Assembly (NCBI GenBank): GCA_033762915.1
Contig: JANRLD010000118.1
Span: 1-38,993, forward strand
Reading direction: 5' to 3'
Origin: Meiothermus sp.
Lineage (GTDB): Bacteria; Deinococcota; Deinococci; Deinococcales; Thermaceae
Length of the DNA: 38,993 nt
Below the pieces are notes generated by a model. The model was not told where the DNA came from, ran no database searches, and saw only the letters and a list, made by a program, of their open reading frames with translations. Every line of letters begins with the position of its first letter. Position 1 is the stretch's first letter. Both the position numbers and the translations under genes were made by a program. Shown here piece after piece: positions 17,314 to 25,709 of the stretch.

Positions 17314-18326
17314 CCGGTCTGATTGACGCTGACGTGCACCAGGGGCTAAACCCCGCCTTCTGGGAGCGTCTCGAGCTGCCCTGGCGCAAGATGGCGGTGC
17401 CGGGCGGATTTAGCTGGCCCGCCCACGCCCTCGGCCACAATGGCACCCGCCAGGACATCGGCCCGCCGGGCAGCGACGGCGACCCGGCGGTGCTGGTGCG
17501 CGATCTGCTCGAGCCCCACGGCACCCGCTACGCCATCCTCACCGGCAGTAAAGTCTTGGGCATCAACGTCCACCCCAACAGCCTGTTCGCAATGGCTTTT
17601 GCGCGGGCCTACAACGACTGGCTGATCGAAACCTGGCTGGGCTACGACCCGCGCTTCAGGGGCTCGATGCTGATCGCCCCGCAGGATATCGCCGGCTCGG
17701 TGAAGGAAGTGGAGCGGGTGGGAAAACACCCTGGGATCGTACAGATTTTGATCTCCGGCTCCTCGCCGTTGCTCTACGGTAAGCGCTACTTCTGGCCGCT
17801 GTACGAAGCCGCCGAAGCCCACAACCTGCCCATCGCCATCCACCCGCTGGGGCTGATGCCCACCGGCTCGGGCTGGATGTCCACCTACCTCGAGCACCAC
17901 ACCATGCTGCTCACCCGCGACTTCATGAACCACCTGGTCAGCCTGATCTGCGAGGGGGTGTTCGAGCAGTTCCCAAAGCTCAAGGTGGTGCTCATCGAGG
18001 GCGGGGTGGCGGCTTATGTGCCCCTGCTGTGGCGGCTGGACAAGAACTGGAAAGCGGTGCGGGCCGAGGTGCCGTGGCTAAAGCGAACGCCCAGCGAGTA
18101 CATCCCCACCAACATCCGCTTCACCACCCAGCCCATCGAGGAGCCGGAGGATGAGGGGTTGCTGCTCGAGCTGTACCACGAACTCGACGCCTTCCATACG
18201 GTGATGTACTCCTCGGACTGGCCCCACTGGGACTTCGACTCGCCCGCCGCGATCCTCCGTGACTTTCCCGAAGACCTGAGGCGGCGCATCTTCGTGGAGA
18301 ACGCCAGGGAACTCTACAGTCTGTGA
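17310..18326 (+). CDS. Amidohydrolase-2 fold protein, putative dinuclear oxygenase subunit 2 (AibH/PtmU3-like)
   Basis: IDADVH, AYNDWL, IAIHP, LIEGG, QPIEEP, YSSDWPHWDFD; ATGA overlap with the paralog. Confidence 0.85.
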   Translation: MTGLIDADVHQGLNPAFWERLELPWRKMAVPGGFSWPAHALGHNGTRQDIGPPGSDGDPAVLVRDLLEPHGTRYAILTGSKVLGINVHPNSLFAMAFARAYNDWLIETWLGYDPRFRGSMLIAPQDIAGSVKEVERVGKHPGIVQILISGSSPLLYGKRYFWPLYEAAEAHNLPIAIHPLGLMPTGSGWMSTYLEHHTMLLTRDFMNHLVSLICEGVFEQFPKLKVVLIEGGVAAYVPLLWRLDKNWKAVRAEVPWLKRTPSEYIPTNIRFTTQPIEEPEDEGLLLELYHELDAFHTVMYSSDWPHWDFDSPAAILRDFPEDLRRRIFVENARELYSL

Positions 18327-18336
18327 GGGCTCGAGT

Positions 18337-18759
18337 ATGGCCGCAGTCCAGCAAAAATTCGTGGTCGCCATGGTCTCGGAGATTCCACCGGGGGCGCGAA
18401 AAATCGTCGAGATCGCCGGGCGCTCGGTCGGGGTTTTCAACATAGATGGCAGGTTCTACGCCCTGAAGAACGTCTGCCCGCACCAGTTCGCCCCGCTGTG
18501 CGAGGGCAAGGTCATGGGCACCACCCTTCCGTCGGCTCCCGGACAGTACATCTACGGTCGCCAGGGCGAGATCATCCGCTGCCCCTGGCACGGTTGGGAA
18601 TTCGATCTGACCAACGGCAAGTCCATCTTTAACCCCCACCGCTGCCGGGTTAAGGCCTACGAAGTCAGCCTCGAGCCCCCCGAAAGCCAAGACCCCAGCG
18701 TGGAGAGCTACCCGGTCACGGTGGAGGAGTCTCGAGTGGTGGTAACCATCTCCGGCTGA
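18337..18759 (+). CDS. Rieske [2Fe-2S] ferredoxin
   Basis: NVCPHQ...IRCPWHGWEFD Rieske ligands. Confidence 0.92.
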   Translation: MAAVQQKFVVAMVSEIPPGARKIVEIAGRSVGVFNIDGRFYALKNVCPHQFAPLCEGKVMGTTLPSAPGQYIYGRQGEIIRCPWHGWEFDLTNGKSIFNPHRCRVKAYEVSLEPPESQDPSVESYPVTVEESRVVVTISG

Positions 18760-18781
18760 CCAAATCCCAAACCTGAAGACC

Positions 18782-18934
18782 TATAGTTGCGCCAGGGTAG
18801 AGGTGCGGAATCGGCGATCACGGTAAGTACGTGCCTGGGCGGAGTGGCGTGCGCCATAGCCGTGGAGCGGCTAACCGAGGTGCAATTCCCTGTGGGAGCT
18901 GGCGGGCATGTCGCAGTGCAACTATCGAGACACT
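18782..18934. mobile_element. MITE-like dispersed repeat, copy 1 (terminal IR ATAGTTGC...GCAACTAT)
   Basis: Colinear similarity with 32306-32503; 8-bp terminal inverted repeat at 18783-18790 and 18918-18925; internal hairpins; non-coding. Confidence 0.65.
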
Positions 18935-20658
18935 CAAAAGATGGGCGGCTCGACTCCGGGGCTGCGGCCCACCAAGAAATCGAAGTCGCAGCCCTGGTGA
19001 GCCTGAGTTACATGCTTGGCAAACAGGGCCTGATAACCCCGGTTCCAGCCGGGCTCGGGAGCCTGCCAGACTTGGCGTCGTTGGCTCAGCTCCTCGTCGG
19101 AGACCAACAGGTTGAGCCTTCGCCCCTCGACATCGAGCTCGATCTCATCCCCCTCGCGTACCAGGGCCAGCGGACCGCCGAGGTGCGATTCGGGAGAGAC
19201 GTGGAGGACGCAGGTGCCGTAACTGGTGCCGCTCATCCGGGCGTCGGAGATGCGAACCATGTCCCGCACTCCGGCCTTAAGCAGCTTCTCCGGGATTGGC
19301 AACATGCCCCACTCGGGAAAGCCCGGTGCTCCGAGTGGCCCCGCCGACTTCAACACCAGGACCGAGTCGGGGGTGACAGCCAGGTCGGGGTCGTGGACTC
19401 GAGCTTTCAGCTCGGCATAGTTTTCGAACACAATGGCTTTGCCGCGATGTTTGAGCAAGCGAGGCTCTGCGGCGACCGGCTTAATGATGCAGCCGTCGGG
19501 GGCGAGGTTGCCGCGAAGGACATAAGTTCCGCCGCCCGCCGAGAGGGGGTTGGATCGGGTTCGGATGATCTCGTCGTCGAACACCTTCGACCCGGCGATT
19601 TGCTCTCCAATCGTCGTGCCGGAGACGGTTCGGCAGCTTGAGTCAATGAGGTCGCCAAGCCGACTGAGCAGGCCCCCCAGACCGCCCGCGTTGTAAAAAT
19701 CCTCCATCACAAAGCGTCCCGCCGGTCGAAGGTCGGCGAGGACGGGGACTTTCCTGGACCAGGCGTCAAAGTCCTCGAGCGTGATTCGGCAGCCGGCCCG
19801 CCCTGCCATGGCGATGATGTGCACGATGGCGTTGGTGGAGCCGCCAATGGTCAACTGTGTCACCACGGCGTTGGTGAAGGAGGCCTGGTCGAGAATCTTG
19901 CTGGGGGCCAGCTTCTCCCAGGCCATCTCGACGGCCCGGCGTCCGGTGGCGACGGCCAACCGACTGTGCTCGGCGACCACCGACGGAATCGAGCCCGCCA
20001 TCGGAAGGGTCATCCCCATCGCCTCGGCTATGCAGGCCATCGTCGAGGCCGTCCCCATGGTCATGCAGGTTCCCGCAGATCGCGCGATGCAGTTCTCGAT
20101 TTCAAACCAGTCACAATCGGGCAGATCTCCGGCGCGGCGAAGGTCCCAATACTTCCAGGCGTCCGTACCACTTCCCAGCGTCTGGTCTTTCCAGCGGGCC
20201 TTCAGCATCGGCCCCGCCGGCAGAAAGATCGAGGGGATGTCGGCGGAGAAGGCCCCCATCAACAGGGCCGGAACCGTCTTGTCGCAACCGCCCATCAGAA
20301 CGGCGGCATCCAGCGGATGGCACCGTATGACCTCTTCGGCCTCCATCGCCAGCAAGTTGCGGTAGAGCATCGTCGTCGGCTTCATCAGCATTTCGCCAAG
20401 ACTGACCACGGGAATCTCGACGGGAAAACCGCCGGCCTGGAGGACACCCCGTTTTACCTCTTCGACGCGCTGCGGAAAGTGGGAGTGGCAGGTGTTGAGG
20501 TCGCTCCAGGTGTTGAGGATGCCGATGATGGGTTTGTCACGGTAGTCGCGGTCATCCAGGCCCGTCCCTTTGAAACGGGAGCGGTGCCCGAAACTGCGTA
20601 GGTCGTCGGGTTGAAACCAGCGAGCGGAGCGGAGCTGTTTGGGGTCGCGGTCGCCCAT
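18934..20658 (-). CDS. araD: IlvD/Edd family sugar-acid dehydratase (L-arabinonate dehydratase-like)
   Basis: LRSARWF.PDDLRSFGHRSR, NTCH, GCDKT, GTCMTMGTASTM, GGSTN, SDARMSGTSYG, PFHVSPE-like LHVSPE. Confidence 0.88.
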   Translation of the reverse strand: MGDRDPKQLRSARWFQPDDLRSFGHRSRFKGTGLDDRDYRDKPIIGILNTWSDLNTCHSHFPQRVEEVKRGVLQAGGFPVEIPVVSLGEMLMKPTTMLYRNLLAMEAEEVIRCHPLDAAVLMGGCDKTVPALLMGAFSADIPSIFLPAGPMLKARWKDQTLGSGTDAWKYWDLRRAGDLPDCDWFEIENCIARSAGTCMTMGTASTMACIAEAMGMTLPMAGSIPSVVAEHSRLAVATGRRAVEMAWEKLAPSKILDQASFTNAVVTQLTIGGSTNAIVHIIAMAGRAGCRITLEDFDAWSRKVPVLADLRPAGRFVMEDFYNAGGLGGLLSRLGDLIDSSCRTVSGTTIGEQIAGSKVFDDEIIRTRSNPLSAGGGTYVLRGNLAPDGCIIKPVAAEPRLLKHRGKAIVFENYAELKARVHDPDLAVTPDSVLVLKSAGPLGAPGFPEWGMLPIPEKLLKAGVRDMVRISDARMSGTSYGTCVLHVSPESHLGGPLALVREGDEIELDVEGRRLNLLVSDEELSQRRQVWQAPEPGWNRGYQALFAKHVTQAHQGCDFDFLVGRSPGVEPPIF

Positions 20659-20748
20659 GACGGAAGTCTAAAGGTTTTGCCTCGAGGACGAAAAGAAACG
20701 GGTTCCCCGCCTAACCCAAAACCAATCGCCTTAGTGTACCCTTTTTCC

Positions 20749-21141
20749 ATGAAGTGCTGGTGGTGGGGTGTCGTGGCGTTGTTGGGCTTCTCCCTGGCCC
20801 ACCCCAGCAGTCTGGCTGAGGGCGCGACCGGCGAACTAAAGTTCAACCTGGATCAGGAGTTGCCCGCCGAGACCCCCCTCGAGGCCTGGTTTGAGGTCAA
20901 AGACCTTAACGATCAGCCCATCCAGGCCAAGGACTGTGTCTGCACGCTGCTGGTCTACAAGGGTCAGGCTTTGGCCAGTGCCCGGCCGCTGGTGCAGATG
21001 AGCCTCGAGAAACTCGAGTTCGTGCTGACCTTCCCCGGCGAGGGTCAGTACACGGTGGTGCTGCTGGGCCGGCCCAGGCCGGGCACCAAGCTCCAAGTCT
21101 TCAAGCTCAGCTACTTCCTGAACGTTCTGGCGGTCCGCTAA
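20749..21141 (+). CDS. Hypothetical exported protein (His after signal peptide, CxC motif, beta-rich)
   Basis: ATG 6 nt after TACCCT -10; signal peptide ending SLA-H; DCVC; FPGEGQY. Confidence 0.65.
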   Translation: MKCWWWGVVALLGFSLAHPSSLAEGATGELKFNLDQELPAETPLEAWFEVKDLNDQPIQAKDCVCTLLVYKGQALASARPLVQMSLEKLEFVLTFPGEGQYTVVLLGRPRPGTKLQVFKLSYFLNVLAVR

Positions 21142-21340
21142 ACTCGAGTTCGCCCGCCTCGGCCTGGAAGCCGACCCGCTTGTGGCTGCCGTCGCAGAAG
21201 GGCTTGTCGCCGGACTGTCCGCAGCGGCAAAGGGCCAGCTTGGCCCTCTCGAGCACCCGCTCCTGGCCGTTGAGGGTGAACCTCGAGCCCTCCGGCAGGT
21301 CGATCACCAGCGAACCGTTCTCGCGCAAACGCAGCTTCAT
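21107..21340 (-). CDS. CDGSH iron-sulfur domain protein
   Basis: LALCRCGQSGDKPFCDGSH motif. Confidence 0.93.
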   Translation of the reverse strand: MKLRLRENGSLVIDLPEGSRFTLNGQERVLERAKLALCRCGQSGDKPFCDGSHKRVGFQAEAGELEFSGPPERSGSS

Positions 21341-21408
21341 GGTCGGCCCCAGAATACCTGATCTCCCCGGCCGAGAGACTGCTTCTCGTGGGTAACGTTT
21401 GAGGCCTT

Positions 21409-21437
21409 TTTACAACCGCCCAAGAAAACACTATGCT
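21409..21437 (+). promoter_or_regulatory. Possible sigma70 promoter for the HD-GYP gene (TTTACA-17-TATGCT)
   Basis: Consensus-like hexamers at 17-bp spacing, ~60 nt upstream of the start. Confidence 0.45.
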
Positions 21438-21499
21438 TAGGCGAGAGCAGCCCCAACCTTTATGCCAGGCTCCTCGATACTCACCCCTTTCCAAATCCG

Positions 21500-24400
21500 G
21501 TGGCTATGAACCTTCCGCATTCTGACGACGTTATCACAGGCCTTCTGCGGCTCTCCGAGCTGCTCGAGGGCAACACCGAGGCCCACACCCGTCGGGCGCT
21601 CGACGAGATACTGCGCGTCGCGAGGGCCGACGCGGCGCTGGTGCTGTACAGCGACCAGGGCTTCTACCGGCCCCGGCTCTGGGCAGGCGAGGTTCCGCCC
21701 CCCTTGAGGCAGATTTTCGAGGAGGGCATCTCGCCCAAAGCCACCGCCGATATCATCGCCAGCCTCGGAACCGACTTCCAGGTGTTCGACCATGGGGATC
21801 ACCTCCTGGTCCCCTCGATGCGGTCGGTGGGGGTGAGGGCCGCGCTGGTGCTGGGGCTAAACGCCGACGACCAGCTCGAGGCGCTGGTGTTGCACCGGCT
21901 GCACCGACCCGAGGGGTGGGGCGAGGCCGAGGCTGCGCTGCTACGCCTAGCGGCCCGCACCCTGGGGGCGGTGATCACGCGGGTCGAGCGGGCCAGGCAG
22001 CTCGAGGCCCGCAACCGCGAGCTGGAGATCGTGGCCCAGGTCAGCCAGGCCCTCAACCAGGTGAGCAACCTCGAGGCGGCCGCGGAGGTCCTGACCCGAC
22101 AGGTCGTCGGCCTCACCGGCGCCGATTACGCCTCGCTCAAGGTCGTGACCTCAGACGGCGGCGGGCTACGTAACGTTCTGGCAGAGGGCTTTTCTGCGCT
22201 CACCGGCGACGTGGTGGCGCGCGGGGTGGGGCTGAGCTGGCAGGCCCTCGAGCAGCGCCAGACACTGGTGGCTCAAGATGCCCTGGCCGATCCCCGGGTC
22301 CACATCCCGCCTGTCCTGGGGGAGATGCGCTGGCCGGGCTCAGTGGCCCAGATGCCGATGTTCGACCCCGAGGGGACCCCGCTGGGGGTGTTGGGGCTGG
22401 GCTATCTGGAGAAGGGCCGGGTCAAGGAAAGTGACCTGCGGACCATGGAGATCGTGGCTTCGATCGCCTCGAGCACGCTTGTGCGCCTGCGGGCTGATGC
22501 CGAACTGAGTGAGCGCAACCGCCACCTCGAGGTCGTGGCCCAGGTCGGCCAAGCACTTAACCGCGCAAGCAGCCTTGAGGAGGCGTCGCTTGAGCTGACC
22601 CGGCAGGTCGTCGAACTCAGCGGCGCGGATCAGGCCTTTGTGCTGCTGACTACACCCGACGGCTCGACGCTGCGCAACGTGCTCGCCTACGGCCTAGAAT
22701 CCTTTACCGGTTTCGTGGTGCCGCCGGGCCGGGGCCTGACCTGGCTGGCCCTCGAAACCCGCGAGATTCAGTCCACCCAAGACGCCCGATCGGACCCCAG
22801 GGTTTACGTACCCGGAGAGATGCAGACGGAAAAACTTCCCCGCGCGGTTGGGTACATGCCGCTCTTCGATGCGCAAGAACGCCCCCTCGGGGTGCTGGGT
22901 CTAGGCTACTGGGAGCCCGGGCGTTTCAAGGCCAGTGACGTTCGCACCTTGGAGATTGTGGCCTCGATAGCCGCCAACACCTTCGAGCGCCTCCGTGCCG
23001 ACGAGTTCCTGCGCAGCCGCAACCGCGAGTTGCAGACCGTGGTCAACCTCAGCGAGGCCCTCAAGCGGGCCATGAGTCACGAGGAGGTGACCCAGATCAC
23101 CCTCGAGCAGACCCTCGCGCTGACCCACAGCCGCAGCGCGGTGATGCTTACCCAGAGCCCCGACGGGAGCTATCTACTGCCCATCCGCAGCGTGGGCAGC
23201 TTTACCGGCTGGCAGCCCATCCCCAGGCCGCAAGGCCTGGCCTGGGAGAGCTGGCAGAGCCGGGATATGCGCGTCACTGCCGATGCCCTGAGTGAGGCGG
23301 GCGTCTTCAACCCCGGCGGATTTCCCGACCTGCCGCGCTCGAGGGCCACGGTGCCGCTGTTCGGCTTTGATCGTCAGGTGGTGGCGGTGCTGGGCGTCAC
23401 CCGCGACGAGGCGGGCGGCTTCACTCCCGAGGAACTGAAGGTCTTCCGACTGATCGGCGAGGTGGTCAGCAGCGCCCTCGAGCGGGTCGAGGCCACCGCC
23501 CAGCTCATGCGCCAGCTCCACGAGACCCAGGTGCTGTTCAACACCCTGAAGGCCGTTGTAGAGCCCGAGTCGGAGACGGTCTGGTCGGATTTGCTGCGGG
23601 CCGCCGTGGATCTGGTTCCTGGGGTAGAGGCTGGGAGCTTGCTGGTGCGCGACCAAGGCGAGTATGTGATGATGGCCCATTTCGGCTATGGCGACGAGCT
23701 GCTGGGCTCCCGGATGAACCCCCAGATCGAGAAATACTGGTTTGGGCCGGAGGACGAGCTGCGCCGGGGCCGCGCCCGGATCGGACGAAGGGATTTCTTC
23801 TCCGCCGTGCTCCAGCAGGACCAGCGCTATCTCGACCCCGAGCTGCTCGAGCGCTTCCGCGTCTATGGCAAGATCGAGCAACTCCAGTGCAGCCTGTGCG
23901 TCCCCATCCTGAGCGAGGGTGAGCTGGTGGCCTACATCAACCTCGACAACCTGACCGACGAAATGGCCATAGGCCAGGAGTCGGTACAGGTGGCGCAGCG
24001 CTTCGCCGTCCAGGTCGCTGCGCTGGTGGCGGCGCGGCGGCAGCGGGAGACCCTCGAGACCACCTACGAGGAAGCGCTGCGCACCATTGCGATCGCCCTC
24101 GAGGCTCGAGACCCACAGACCGCGGCCCACACCCAGCGGGTGACCCGTCTGGCCCTTAGCCTGGGCGAGGCGGTAGGGCTTTCGCCCCAGCAACTCTTCA
24201 ATCTGCGCTGGGGGGCCTACCTCCACGACATCGGCAAACTGGCGGTGCCCGATGCAATCCTCCTTAAGCCGGGTTCCCTAACTCCCCTCGAGCGGGCCCG
24301 CTTTGCCCGCCACGCCACCGAGGGCGAGGCCCTGACCCGACAGCTCTCGTTCCTGCCCGAGGGGGCCCGGTCGGTGATTCGACACCATCACGAGCGCTGG

Positions 24401-24637
24401 GACGGCAGCGGTTACCCCGACGGCCTGGCCGGCGAGGCCATCCCGCTCGAGGCCCGCATCTTCGCGGTCTGTGACGTCTTCGACGCCCTGCTCTCCCAGC
24501 GCCCCTACAAGCCGGCATTGACCCTCCTTCAGGCCTGCGCCGAGTTGCGGGAGTGCGCCCAGTCTGGACACCTCGACCCGTATCTGGTCGGGGTCTTTCT
24601 GGGGCTGGTGCCGGAGTTGTACGCCGACGGGGTGTAG
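21500..24637 (+). CDS. Multi-GAF HD-GYP cyclic dinucleotide phosphodiesterase
   Basis: Repeated GAF modules; C-terminal AAHT, LHDIGK, HHERWDGSGYP, DVFDAL, RPYK. Confidence 0.92.
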   Translation: MAMNLPHSDDVITGLLRLSELLEGNTEAHTRRALDEILRVARADAALVLYSDQGFYRPRLWAGEVPPPLRQIFEEGISPKATADIIASLGTDFQVFDHGDHLLVPSMRSVGVRAALVLGLNADDQLEALVLHRLHRPEGWGEAEAALLRLAARTLGAVITRVERARQLEARNRELEIVAQVSQALNQVSNLEAAAEVLTRQVVGLTGADYASLKVVTSDGGGLRNVLAEGFSALTGDVVARGVGLSWQALEQRQTLVAQDALADPRVHIPPVLGEMRWPGSVAQMPMFDPEGTPLGVLGLGYLEKGRVKESDLRTMEIVASIASSTLVRLRADAELSERNRHLEVVAQVGQALNRASSLEEASLELTRQVVELSGADQAFVLLTTPDGSTLRNVLAYGLESFTGFVVPPGRGLTWLALETREIQSTQDARSDPRVYVPGEMQTEKLPRAVGYMPLFDAQERPLGVLGLGYWEPGRFKASDVRTLEIVASIAANTFERLRADEFLRSRNRELQTVVNLSEALKRAMSHEEVTQITLEQTLALTHSRSAVMLTQSPDGSYLLPIRSVGSFTGWQPIPRPQGLAWESWQSRDMRVTADALSEAGVFNPGGFPDLPRSRATVPLFGFDRQVVAVLGVTRDEAGGFTPEELKVFRLIGEVVSSALERVEATAQLMRQLHETQVLFNTLKAVVEPESETVWSDLLRAAVDLVPGVEAGSLLVRDQGEYVMMAHFGYGDELLGSRMNPQIEKYWFGPEDELRRGRARIGRRDFFSAVLQQDQRYLDPELLERFRVYGKIEQLQCSLCVPILSEGELVAYINLDNLTDEMAIGQESVQVAQRFAVQVAALVAARRQRETLETTYEEALRTIAIALEARDPQTAAHTQRVTRLALSLGEAVGLSPQQLFNLRWGAYLHDIGKLAVPDAILLKPGSLTPLERARFARHATEGEALTRQLSFLPEGARSVIRHHHERWDGSGYPDGLAGEAIPLEARIFAVCDVFDALLSQRPYKPALTLLQACAELRECAQSGHLDPYLVGVFLGLVPELYADGV

Positions 24638-24783
24638 CGATTTGCGCACCGCGATACTGCGGAGTTCAACATCTTTATGGCCTTCACGCCGCAGCTACGG
24701 CGTGCGGCGCGATCAGCTATGGAGCCACTGCCGCCGGGATCAACCCCAGAACCGCCCAACTGCTGCCCTCCTCGGTGGGTCTG

Positions 24784-25617
24784 CTACATGAACCGCTTCC
24801 TGCGGCGGTAGCTTTTCACGTCCTTAAAGCTCTTGCGCCCGCCGCTCTTGGCGACGCCGAGGTAGAACTCCTTCACGTCGGGGTTGGTCTCGAGGTACTC
24901 CTTGGTGCCCTCGAGCTGAATCTTGCCCGACTCCATGATGTAGCCATAGTGGGCCACCGAGAGGGCGACTCGAGCGTTCTGCTCCACCACCAGCACCGTC
25001 ACGCCCTCCTCGGCGTTGATCTGGGCCACGATGTCGAAGATTTCTCGCACCAGCATCGGGGCCAGGCCCAGGCTGGGCTCGTCGAGGAGCAGCAAGCGCG
25101 GGCTCGCCAGAAGGGCCCGCCCAATCGCCAGCATCTGCTGCTCACCGCCGGAGCAGTACCCAGCCTGGCGGCCCCTGAGCGCGACCAGCTTGGGGAAGTA
25201 GTGGTAGATGCGGTCCAGGTCTTCCTTGACCTTGGCCCCGTCGCGTCGGGTGGCCGAGCCGACCTTCAGGTTTTCTTCCACCGAAAGGTGTTTAAACACC
25301 CGTCTTCCCTCGGGCACCTGCACAATGCCCCTGACCACGATTTCCTCTGGCGGCTTGTTGGCGATGTTGTCGCCTTTGTAGGTAATCGCCCCCGAGACTA
25401 CCTTGCCGTCCTCGGGAACGAGCAGGCCGGATATCGCCCGTAGGGTCGTGGTCTTTCCGGCCCCGTTGGGTCCCAGGAGCGCGGTGATCTGGCCCTCGGG
25501 CACCTTCAGCGAGACGCCGCGCAAGACCTGAATGATGTCTTTGTAGACCACCTCGATGTTATTGACCTCGAGGAGGGTGTTGGTGTTGCCTAAGCCTTGG
25601 GGGCGCTCAGTGCTCAT
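24784..25617 (-). CDS. livF: Branched-chain amino acid-type ABC ATPase (LivF-like)
   Basis: GPNGAGKTT, VPEGRRVF, SGGEQQMLAIGRAL, LLDEPSLGLAP, VEQNA. Confidence 0.92.
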   Translation of the reverse strand: MSTERPQGLGNTNTLLEVNNIEVVYKDIIQVLRGVSLKVPEGQITALLGPNGAGKTTTLRAISGLLVPEDGKVVSGAITYKGDNIANKPPEEIVVRGIVQVPEGRRVFKHLSVEENLKVGSATRRDGAKVKEDLDRIYHYFPKLVALRGRQAGYCSGGEQQMLAIGRALLASPRLLLLDEPSLGLAPMLVREIFDIVAQINAEEGVTVLVVEQNARVALSVAHYGYIMESGKIQLEGTKEYLETNPDVKEFYLGVAKSGGRKSFKDVKSYRRRKRFM

Positions 25618-25709
25618 AGGACCCTTTTCGGAGAAAGGAGAAGGGAGGAAGGTGAAACCACGGGGTGACGCCTTCCCTTTGCCCTCTCCTCCCTCCCCTT
25701 TGCTTGCCT

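Noticed and set aside
16252..18326. Amidohydrolase pair as a recent duplication or pseudogene
   Set aside because: Both frames are intact, clearly diverged and translationally coupled, and both keep all the ligands. This fits a functional pair better.
18796..18830. GTAGAGGTGCG start resembling a lysine riboswitch
   Set aside because: The other conserved lysine riboswitch elements are not evident. One copy lies between convergent gene ends, and no lysine genes are adjacent.
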